Assembly (NCBI GenBank): GCA_011364965.1
Contig: RDOB01000002.1
Location: 448,001-512,000, forward strand
Length of the DNA: 64,000 bases
Direction of reading: 5' to 3'
Origin: Candidatus Heimdallarchaeota archaeon
GTDB taxonomy: Archaea; Asgardarchaeota; Heimdallarchaeia; Hodarchaeales; Hodarchaeaceae
Position numbers and translations under genes: made by a program. A model generated the notes under the pieces. It searched no databases. It saw nothing but the letters and a program-made list of their open reading frames with translations, and was not told where the DNA came from. Of the stretch, positions 1 to 8,261 are shown piece after piece; position 1 is the stretch's first letter, and the number at the start of each line of letters is the position of its first letter.

Positions 1-2013
1 ATAGCTGAATCTGAAAAAACCGCTTTAGCTGCTGTTGAAAAAATAGAAGTAGATTATGAAGAGCTTCCTTTTGTGCTGGATCCTGTGGATTCGATTGCGG
101 AAGGGGCCCCCCTAATTCATGAGAAAAATGGAGAATACAAACATTTACCCACTTTTACCCCTGTTCCAAATTCAAATATCTTTTTTGGATATAATTTAAA
201 GAAAGGAAATTATGATAGAGTTTTTGATGGAGCAGACATTTATGTGGAAGGAGAATTTGAGTATCCCCTTGTAAATCATGTTGCTATGGAACCTCATGGA
301 GCTATTGCTCATTGGGATCTCGCTGGTAATCTTCATCTATGGAGTAGCACTCAGGCGCCTTTTGTTGTACGGGAGGTACTTGCGGGATATTTAAATTTGA
401 CTATGAACAAGATAAACATTCATGTACCTAGTGGTGGCCTTGGAGGCGGATTTGGAGGAAAATCTGATTACAATATTGAACCATTGGTCGCTTTGTGTGC
501 TCGCTTTGTGCCGAATTATTATCTTAAATTTCAACTCACCAGAGAAGAAGTTTTTATCGGTACAGTGTTGGGACGAGGTTTGAAAGGGTATATGAAGATC
601 GGAGCGAAGAAAAATGGGGCGTTTGTTGGGATTGAATGCTCTCAATATTATGCAGACGGAGCATACGCGGACACGAGCTGCAATGTAGTATTAGCTGGCG
701 GACATAATTGCACAGGACCTTATTTTTTTCCAAATTGTAATTTAAAATCGTTTGGAGTTTATACAAATACTGTTCCTGTAGGTGCAATGCGAGGCTATGG
801 TCATCCTGAAGGGCAGTTCATGGTGGAGCGACTGATTGAAAATTTGGCTCTTAAATTGGGAATTGATTCACGAAAGCTCCGAATGAAGAATTTTTTAAAA
901 CCAGGTGACACAAATTCTCTAAATCAACCTATATTTGAGCATAACGGAAATGTTAGGGAGTGCTTCCAAAGGGTAGTTGATTCATTAAACGAAACACCAT
1001 TACCTGGGTCTAATGCAACTCATTACTATGGACGAGGATTTGCTGCTTTAGTTAAATCTCCAGTTCAAACTGCAAATGCTTCTTCTAATGTGTTTTTAAA
1101 AGTTAACGAGGATTTAACAGTATCCATAAGCATTGGAGGGGTCGAAATGGGACAAGGAGCATTAACTGTATTAGCGCAACTCGCTGCAGAAAAATTACAA
1201 TTCTCATTGGATAAAATAAGAATTAATCCAGAGATTAACACACAAATCACTCCTTGGGAATGGCAAACAGTAGCAAGTATGACAACTATGCGTGTTGGAA
1301 ATGCGATCTTAATTGCCTGTGAAAGGGCTATTGAGCAATTTAAAGTTAATGCATCTTTTCATTTTCAATGTGATATTTCACAACTTAATTATAATGGAAA
1401 AGCTATCAATTATAAAGATAAGGAATTTCCACTTGAGAAATTAGTGTTAGGTTATCAATATCCAGATGGACATACTGAAGGGAATCCAATTCAGGCTGTG
1501 GGATCATCTGTTGTCCGTAATGTGACATTGCCCGATTCTAGAACAGGGCAGTATCACCCCTATGAATGGACTTTCGGTGCTCAAGGGTGCGATGTAAGTA
1601 TAGAAAAATCTACTGGAATAATCAAAGTCTTACATTTTGTAACTGCTTTAGATGTTGGAAAAGTAATTAATCCAGCAACTGCGAAAGGGCAAATATACGG
1701 GGGAGTAATGATGGGATTGGGTCACACGTTGATGGAGAAAATAGAATATGATACCAAAGGAAGGATGAAAACTGTAAATTTACGTAGATATCGAATACCT
1801 AAATTAAGTGATATGCCTGAAAAGTTTTCATGCATTTTTGTGGAAACTCCTCAGCCAGATGGACCATATGGAGCTCGACCAATCGCTGAACATTCAGCTG
1901 TTGCTCCACCTGCTGCAATTTTAAATGCTATTCAAAATGCAACAGGGATATCATTTACAAAAATACCTATTACCTCAAGTGTGATGGTTGAGGCCTTATC
2001 AAGGAGAAAATAG
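1..2013 (+). CDS. Xanthine dehydrogenase/aldehyde oxidoreductase family molybdopterin-binding large subunit (5'-truncated by the window)
   Basis: Frame is open from base 1 (IAESEKTALAAVEKIEVDYEELP). Motifs: HVAMEPHGAIA, SSTQAP, GGGFGGK, GAMRGYG, EMGQG, DVGKVINP, GQIYGG, GPYGA. Confidence 0.92.
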   Translation: MAESEKTALAAVEKIEVDYEELPFVLDPVDSIAEGAPLIHEKNGEYKHLPTFTPVPNSNIFFGYNLKKGNYDRVFDGADIYVEGEFEYPLVNHVAMEPHGAIAHWDLAGNLHLWSSTQAPFVVREVLAGYLNLTMNKINIHVPSGGLGGGFGGKSDYNIEPLVALCARFVPNYYLKFQLTREEVFIGTVLGRGLKGYMKIGAKKNGAFVGIECSQYYADGAYADTSCNVVLAGGHNCTGPYFFPNCNLKSFGVYTNTVPVGAMRGYGHPEGQFMVERLIENLALKLGIDSRKLRMKNFLKPGDTNSLNQPIFEHNGNVRECFQRVVDSLNETPLPGSNATHYYGRGFAALVKSPVQTANASSNVFLKVNEDLTVSISIGGVEMGQGALTVLAQLAAEKLQFSLDKIRINPEINTQITPWEWQTVASMTTMRVGNAILIACERAIEQFKVNASFHFQCDISQLNYNGKAINYKDKEFPLEKLVLGYQYPDGHTEGNPIQAVGSSVVRNVTLPDSRTGQYHPYEWTFGAQGCDVSIEKSTGIIKVLHFVTALDVGKVINPATAKGQIYGGVMMGLGHTLMEKIEYDTKGRMKTVNLRRYRIPKLSDMPEKFSCIFVETPQPDGPYGARPIAEHSAVAPPAAILNAIQNATGISFTKIPITSSVMVEALSRRK

Positions 2014-2014
2014 A

Positions 2015-2491
2015 ATGGAACTAAAATTTAAAGTCAATGGACAAGAAATATTTCTTCAAGTTAATCCTAATGACTCTCTTCTCTACATCCTCCGAGATCG
2101 TTTACATTTAACAGGAACAAAAAATGGATGTAGCGCAGGTCATTGCGGAGCATGTGTTGTCATTATGAACGAGGAGGCTGTAAAATCTTGTTTACAAAAA
2201 GCGAAGCGACTTAATAATGCAGAAATTATTACGATTGAGGGTCTTACTCCTAAAGAACCGAGTGGGGAATTACATCCAATTCAACAGGCATTCATCGATG
2301 CAACAGCAATCCAGTGTGGATTCTGTACTCCTGGATACATTATGGAATTATATGGTTTATTTCTAAGAAATCCAGAAGCTTCCCTAGATGAAATCAAAGT
2401 AGCTTTAGAAGGACATCTGTGTCGTTGTACAGGGTTCAAACCTATTCTTGAGGCAGCAGTATTAGCTCAACAATATCTAAATAAGAAATAG
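2015..2491 (+). CDS. (2Fe-2S)-binding small subunit, CoxS/XdhC family
   Basis: GTKNGCSAGHCGAC, QCGFCTPG and HLCRCTG motifs. The ATG at 2015 directly follows the large-subunit stop. Confidence 0.93.
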   Translation: MELKFKVNGQEIFLQVNPNDSLLYILRDRLHLTGTKNGCSAGHCGACVVIMNEEAVKSCLQKAKRLNNAEIITIEGLTPKEPSGELHPIQQAFIDATAIQCGFCTPGYIMELYGLFLRNPEASLDEIKVALEGHLCRCTGFKPILEAAVLAQQYLNKK

Positions 2492-2609
2492 GTTACAGAA
2501 AAGTAATCAAAAACTAAATATCAGCTTCTGAGGTTTATTTCATTTGCTTCTATGCAATCTTAACTTAAATTGATACGTTTCTATAGAATGTTGAAATATA
2601 GCCTCATTA

Positions 2610-3286
2610 TTGGAAACTGATTTACTTGGAGCTATAGTACTTTTACTAGTCGGAATAATAGTTTTTGTGCTCATTTTATTGCTCTTTAGAGAGTATATGA
2701 CGACAAAGAAACCTTATCATATGATATGGTATATTAGTTTTTTTTGTCTGTTTTATTTGTCTCTGGTGTGTTAATTATACTCTTTGGTTAGGGAGACACC
2801 TTCGGGAATCCTCTCGTCTCTCCAATCGCAGCCTTAATACATGCTGGAATAGCAATAGGTCTTGTATATGCTGTTAGGCCTGATATGAAATACGGGTTAT
2901 TCTATGCTGTTTATTGCATTGTTTTAATCGGATTATTAGCTGTTATGAAATATAATATCTTATTGTCTAGAATGACCTCAGTTACACTAATGACAGTGCA
3001 TATTCCATCGGGATTAATTATCTCATTTCTTCCCCTATATACAGCATTCTTAACAAAAGAAACAGAATGAATAAAAGCTTTTTTCAGAATTGGAGAATTA
3101 CTAATATCTTTCAGTGGTGTTTAATTAGCTATTACTATTGTTGTGACTAGAAATGTGGATCCTCTATTATTTATTTTTGATATTCTCCCCTACCTACTTT
3201 TAGTGGTTGGAATGCCATTCGTTTTGAGATTAGGGTTACCATCTAAATGGAAAATCGGTATACCAGTAATTAGCGGGCTATTTTAA
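2610..3286 (+). pseudogene. Degraded multi-pass membrane protein gene
   Basis: Hydrophobic reading runs from LETDLLGAIVLLLVG to PSKWKIGIPVISGLF*. It is broken by a frame change near the T run at about 2738-2746 and by in-frame stops TAG 2789, TGA 3068 and TAA 3122. Confidence 0.75.
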
Positions 3287-3429
3287 CCCCACTACTTTTT
3301 TTGTAAGCTTTTCAATTATAGAATTATATACGCTCTTTTAAAATAATACGTGTAAACGAAAATTTCACCTAATCAGATGTTAACTGAAATCTTAAGGGAG
3401 TAATAATTTTAACAGTGACACTTTACCAT

Positions 3430-3915
3430 TTATTTTGAATTATAATGCCATTGAAATAATTCACGTGCTTTATCCAAATCGATCATAGCTACACTATTAT
3501 GAATACAGCTGAAGGAACGACATTTTTTCTGTTCAATTCCTCCCCATTTAATACCCCATCCCTTTAACACGGCAAATATAACACTAAAATCCTCGCCCTT
3601 TTTGGTTAATGTGTATTGAACGCGAACAGGGATTTTATCACTTAATACTTCTCGTTTGACAATTTCATTCTCTTCTAATAAAGAAAGACCTTCCGAAAGA
3701 ACACGTGCTGAGATTTTTTCTCCTTGTATACCTAAAATTTCAGACTGAAAGTCTGAAAAAAACATTTTAGTGTTTAATAATAACCCACATATGATATAAG
3801 CAATCCATTTTTTACCTAAAAGCTTCATTGGAAGCATTGCAGCACATTCATCTACCTCTTGGTCTATTGTTTCATCTCTCAAATCATTTTCGTTCATTAT
3901 TACGAGATCCTTCAT
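3430..3915 (-). CDS. HxlR/DUF24 family winged-helix transcriptional regulator
   Basis: LLGKKW...FSDF...ISARVLSEGLSLLEENEIVKR...PVRVQYTLTKKG signature. Has an N-terminal Cys and a C-terminal CRSFSC. Confidence 0.88.
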   Translation of the reverse strand: MKDLVIMNENDLRDETIDQEVDECAAMLPMKLLGKKWIAYIICGLLLNTKMFFSDFQSEILGIQGEKISARVLSEGLSLLEENEIVKREVLSDKIPVRVQYTLTKKGEDFSVIFAVLKGWGIKWGGIEQKKCRSFSCIHNSVAMIDLDKARELFQWHYNSK

Positions 3916-4029
3916 TACTTCATGAATAAATGTTCACATTTGAATACATCTATTTGAATATTTGAAATTAAGAAAGATCTAGCTGTTACTTAATAAATAT
4001 TACTAGGTAATAAAAACCCCACTTTTTTG

Positions 4030-4045
4030 GTTACTTTTGAGTAAC
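4030..4045. promoter_or_regulatory. Inverted repeat GTTAC-N6-GTAAC, candidate operator (copy 1)
   Basis: GTTACTTTTGAGTAAC lies in the divergent HxlR/cytochrome intergenic region. Confidence 0.6.
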
Positions 4046-4102
4046 GTGCGAACATGTTTCTCACTTAAAAATACTTAAGGTATCGCATAGGGTCAATTGT
4101 GC

Positions 4103-4122
4103 CAGTTACGATACTGTAACTG
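4103..4122. promoter_or_regulatory. Inverted repeat CAGTTAC-N6-GTAACTG, candidate operator (copy 2)
   Basis: CAGTTACGATACTGTAACTG has the same core and spacing as copy 1, offset by 75 bp. Confidence 0.6.
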
Positions 4123-4155
4123 AATGATATAGTTCCCTTTTATGGCGGTTTATTT

Positions 4156-5754
4156 ATGAATAATAATGAAGAAGAAATATTAATGCGCCAGAGTAAGTGG
4201 AGCGGTCGTAGAGTCATATTACTCTACTGGTTAGCAATTGTTTTCGTTGGGACAAGCACTGCTGCAGGTCTTGGTGTAACAATTCTCAAGCCGACATATA
4301 AAATAGCAGCAGAAGATCCTCATGCCGGAATTACAGAACCCTGGTATCCAGAAGATTGCATTGCTTGCCACCCTGACGAAGTTGCAGGCTGGAACACCAC
4401 TTGGCACGCGCAAATAGTCGGAGAATATGATCCGTTAGATCCGTTATTGAACGGAAGTAAGGTATCATTTAATAGTACACATTATTGGCGAACTCCAAAT
4501 ACATTACCACCACCATCAACCATTACATATTGGACTTACAATCAGCTATTCAACGCCTCTGGACAACAGTGCTGTATGACAACACGATGGTACAATGTTA
4601 CTCTTATAAACGCGACCACTGGAGAAGTCTTATATTTCAATACTACTCTATCTGCTGAACTTGGAGGCTATACAAGCAACATTTGGGACATTGGCGTTTC
4701 TTGTGCAGCATGTCATCCGAACCCTGGAGAAATCAGTCTGAGTCATACCTATTGTGCAAGTTGTCACTTAGCTGGTGGAAATCAAGGGTTACACTATACG
4801 CGAAGTGGTCACTATAACGCTCTAAACGACCTATTGGCGAGTACTGATCTCACGACACAAGTATTATTGCATTATACTGGATACTGGTATTATATTGGTC
4901 AGAGTACTTACATGCAAGTTAGCGATCTTGAAACAGGTGAATATTATCGCATTACTTGCGTTACTTGTCATGATCCACACGATTCAACAGTTAATGCAGG
5001 TGATGTGTCAAATAAAATGAGTCCATGGACAAACCCTTATACAGGAGAAACCTTTGGACCAGGTGGAAGCCAACTACGAGCAGCTACTGTCAATGAACTC
5101 TGTGGTATTTGTCATCATATCAATCTCAATACTAGTACAGGAGCATTCCTAGATCCAAGCAATCATACTGCATTAAGCTGTACTAATTGTCACGGTTACT
5201 CGTACACTCCAGCTACCAATACGACTGGTGCACTAGTTCACAGTTGGGTATTTGGTGGACCCGAACCCGGAGATGCTTGTGGTGTATGCCATTATGAAAA
5301 TGCTTCCACTGTTTATGCTCAGATGCTTGCATATCTAGACCAATTTGGTGATGTTGCCACTTTGAGAGCTGAATATGAAACTAAGTTAGCAGCTGCCGAA
5401 TTAGCATACAACACAGCTAATACAACAGAAGGAGCTGATGCTGCGAAGCTAGCTAACGCTTATGCTTTGATTGAAGAAGCTAAAGAATTAGCTGAACGTT
5501 CTGCTCTAACTTTCCACAATCCTGAATTAGGTACAGCTGTTGAGGAATCGCAGTTATCGCTAGCATTAACAAAACTAGATGAAGCAACAACAGAAGCTTT
5601 GGAAGCTCTTCCAACTACGACCACAACTACGACCACAACTACAACTGCTGCAACCACCACCACCACTACTACTGCTGCAACATCCGCAATTGGTTTAGTT
5701 GCTGTAATGAGCATCTTAAGTGTTGTAATAGTATTCCGAAGGAAACGACGTTAG
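4156..5754 (+). CDS. Surface-anchored multiheme cytochrome c (7 CxxCH)
   Basis: CIACH, CAACH, CASCH, CVTCH, CGICH, CTNCH, CGVCH. Also an N-terminal hydrophobic signal, a helical stalk, a poly-Thr linker and a C-terminal TM followed by RRKRR. Confidence 0.93.
   Translation: MNNNEEEILMRQSKWSGRRVILLYWLAIVFVGTSTAAGLGVTILKPTYKIAAEDPHAGITEPWYPEDCIACHPDEVAGWNTTWHAQIVGEYDPLDPLLNGSKVSFNSTHYWRTPNTLPPPSTITYWTYNQLFNASGQQCCMTTRWYNVTLINATTGEVLYFNTTLSAELGGYTSNIWDIGVSCAACHPNPGEISLSHTYCASCHLAGGNQGLHYTRSGHYNALNDLLASTDLTTQVLLHYTGYWYYIGQSTYMQVSDLETGEYYRITCVTCHDPHDSTVNAGDVSNKMSPWTNPYTGETFGPGGSQLRAATVNELCGICHHINLNTSTGAFLDPSNHTALSCTNCHGYSYTPATNTTGALVHSWVFGGPEPGDACGVCHYENASTVYAQMLAYLDQFGDVATLRAEYETKLAAAELAYNTANTTEGADAAKLANAYALIEEAKELAERSALTFHNPELGTAVEESQLSLALTKLDEATTEALEALPTTTTTTTTTTTAATTTTTTTAATSAIGLVAVMSILSVVIVFRRKRR
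5614..5682 (+). repeat. ACN-codon low-complexity repeat encoding a poly-Thr linker
   Basis: actacgaccacaactacgaccacaact... encodes TTTTTTTTTTTAATTTTTTTAAT. Confidence 0.7.
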
Positions 5755-5785
5755 CTAGATTGGCGTATATCAAATCGATATCCTT

Positions 5786-5826
5786 AAGCAAGAACAGCAG
5801 ATCTCTGCTGTTCTATTGCTTTTTTT
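5786..5826 (+). terminator. Hairpin plus T tract after the cytochrome gene
   Basis: AGAACAGCAG-atct-CTGCTGTTCT forms a perfect 10-bp stem, followed by TTGCTTTTTTT. Confidence 0.65.
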
Positions 5827-6037
5827 ATCTGTCGTGATCAAAATTTATCTTGGTTCGGTATTTGCTTTTTGAAGAACCAATAATGATGTCAGTTAAGTCA
5901 CTCATATTATTTTTTTCCCAATAAATTCCAATAAATTAATTAATATCACCGTTTAAAACAAATATGGTTAATAAACAATATAATAAGTTCCATATTATTG
6001 CAGGTGAGTAGTATTCAATAAAGAGATGGATTGAATC

Positions 6038-8242
6038 ATGATTCACACTATCGTAAAACATTTAGAAGTTAAAAGACCTATAAAATATTCCTTTCTTGCG
6101 TTAATATTAATCACTTTTTTTTTAGTAAATAATGCACATATTTTACCACAGCAATTTCTAAATGAAAATCTACCTAACCAGAAAAATTATAAGATAAACG
6201 TTGAAACAGAGCAAAAAAATTTTGAAGATCTTTGTTTAAGTAGACTAACTCGAGCAAGTGATTCTGATGTAATTTTTCCTACCTTTCTTTATCTCTCGAT
6301 CGAAATTGCAAATCTTCTTATTGAGAATTTATATGATAATGTATCGAATGGATTCTATTTTTCTATTGATGAAGAATGGCGAGAGGTTACTATTAATTCT
6401 GAAAAACGAACCTATGATAATGCTCAAGCAATATTAGGGTTGTTAAAACTTGCTGAAGCTGTTATTAATCAGACTGAAAGTGATTTTGCGCTAAATATTG
6501 CGGAAAGTACAGCTAATGGCTTACTTAATAATTTATGGGATCCAGATTTTGACGGTTTCTTTATTAGTCCATCAGATAGATATAAAAAGCCAGGGATTCA
6601 TGGAAAAGCCATTCAAGCTTTTTTAGCATTATATGAGGAAACAGGAATCTCTTCTTATCGTGAAACAGCAATTGATACATTGAATTTTATTGATAGAGTA
6701 GCTTGGAATGACTCTGAAGGTTATTATATTTATGTGACATCACACACTGGGTTACCTCTGATCGTGAATCCATATCAAGGGGATCCATATGAACCCCAAT
6801 CTCTCCGAGTAGATCATAATTCAATCATGGGAATTGCATTGCTCGATTTTTATCGTATAGATACCAATTCAACATATTTAACAAAAGCCTGCCGGATCTA
6901 TGATATTATTAATGAAACATGTAGGAATAGCACTACGAATTTATTTTATACAGGTGTGGATAGTCACCATGAAATAGTTTATCCAGAGGCGTCAGACCTC
7001 TTCATTAATTCTCTTGTTCTGGAATTTCTAGCTCAACTCTACAATGTAACAGAGGATCAGAAGTATTATGAGGACTTTTTTATTTTATTGAATACTGTAT
7101 TACTCAATTTCTGGGATAATGATTATGGAGGTTTCATATCTACACGTTCTTCGGGTAATTTTAGCTCCGATGATAGAACTAAATTTACAGAAAGGCAATT
7201 TTACGGAATTGAAGCACTTGATAAAGCTTATAAGCTCACAAATAACGATCTATATTATAATCTTATTTTAGATACGATCGAAATTCTCAATACAAATCTT
7301 TATGACCAAATTAATGGTGGATACTACCAATTAGCAAATCCAGACGGATCCCAAAGCGGTGATGCAACGTGGAAAATGAAAGTAACTGTTACTCAATCAT
7401 TAGGTATTTATACATTAGCAAATATCTGGTTGTATAGCAAACCAAGTGCCCTAAATGTTATTTGGTCACCAACTACTCCACGTCCCCAAGATAAAGTTTC
7501 TCTATTAATTGCAGCTTTTGATCCAGTAGGTATTTCAACAGTCTTTCTGAATTACTCTATTGATGGAAGTAATTTTAAATTATTAGAAATGGTTCCACAT
7601 CTCGTTAAAAACATGTTTATATGTAATATTGACCCTCCATATAAAGATGGAACATCTATAAACTTTAATATTATTATTACCAACGCCAATGATGAACAAG
7701 TTATTAGAGGTGATTACTCCTTCCTCTGGCAATTTGATAGATGGCCTCCTGAGGTTCAAGTGCTTGGATTTTTACCTGGAATAGAAATACCAGTAAACGA
7801 AGAATTTACAATTATTGTTACTGCAAATGATATCCCCTCTCAAGGAAGTGTTAGATATGTTCGTATCCATTATTATCTTACTGAACGCGACGTTAAAAAC
7901 GTACTTCTTAACCAATTTGACGTACATTTATGGAAAATAACCTTTCCTGAGGGGCTTCCTATACCCGGAACTTATACCTATTATTTCGAGTCATCAGATT
8001 TAGAATGGAACCCTAGTTTTAGCCATGTAGATACCTTTACTATTTTAGGAAGCTTAGAGGTTCCGTTCCCTCTATCACAAGTTGTATTTTTCTTACTTTT
8101 TATCGGTGTATTTGTCCCTACTGGATTGTATTCCTATGTTGAATATAAGAAAAAGAGTGCACGGAAGAAATTAAAGGTTATACGTGAAGTTCGTAACAAG
8201 AAAATGAGAAGATTGAATAAGCGTGGTACGAAAAGAACTTAA
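6038..8242 (+). CDS. Membrane-anchored extracellular (alpha/alpha)6-barrel protein (AGE/GH76/YyaL-like) with C-terminal Ig-like domains
   Basis: Repeated LYD/LWD..xGGF/Y units, EKRTYDNAQAILGLL, N-terminal signal, C-terminal TM and basic tail. Confidence 0.65.
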   Translation: MIHTIVKHLEVKRPIKYSFLALILITFFLVNNAHILPQQFLNENLPNQKNYKINVETEQKNFEDLCLSRLTRASDSDVIFPTFLYLSIEIANLLIENLYDNVSNGFYFSIDEEWREVTINSEKRTYDNAQAILGLLKLAEAVINQTESDFALNIAESTANGLLNNLWDPDFDGFFISPSDRYKKPGIHGKAIQAFLALYEETGISSYRETAIDTLNFIDRVAWNDSEGYYIYVTSHTGLPLIVNPYQGDPYEPQSLRVDHNSIMGIALLDFYRIDTNSTYLTKACRIYDIINETCRNSTTNLFYTGVDSHHEIVYPEASDLFINSLVLEFLAQLYNVTEDQKYYEDFFILLNTVLLNFWDNDYGGFISTRSSGNFSSDDRTKFTERQFYGIEALDKAYKLTNNDLYYNLILDTIEILNTNLYDQINGGYYQLANPDGSQSGDATWKMKVTVTQSLGIYTLANIWLYSKPSALNVIWSPTTPRPQDKVSLLIAAFDPVGISTVFLNYSIDGSNFKLLEMVPHLVKNMFICNIDPPYKDGTSINFNIIITNANDEQVIRGDYSFLWQFDRWPPEVQVLGFLPGIEIPVNEEFTIIVTANDIPSQGSVRYVRIHYYLTERDVKNVLLNQFDVHLWKITFPEGLPIPGTYTYYFESSDLEWNPSFSHVDTFTILGSLEVPFPLSQVVFFLLFIGVFVPTGLYSYVEYKKKSARKKLKVIREVRNKKMRRLNKRGTKRT

Positions 8243-8261
8243 GTAATAAGGAGATAATGAC

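Noticed and set aside
1-2491. Aerobic CO dehydrogenase (coxL)
   Set aside because: The active-site loop reads GAMRGYG, not the AYxCSFR of form I CoxL; substrate unknown.
2789-3124. Selenocysteine/pyrrolysine readthrough of in-frame stops
   Set aside because: TAG, TGA and TAA all occur together with a frameshift, which fits decay rather than recoding.
5460-5714. Antisense poly-Val ORF
   Set aside because: Mirror image of the poly-Thr codons of the cytochrome linker.
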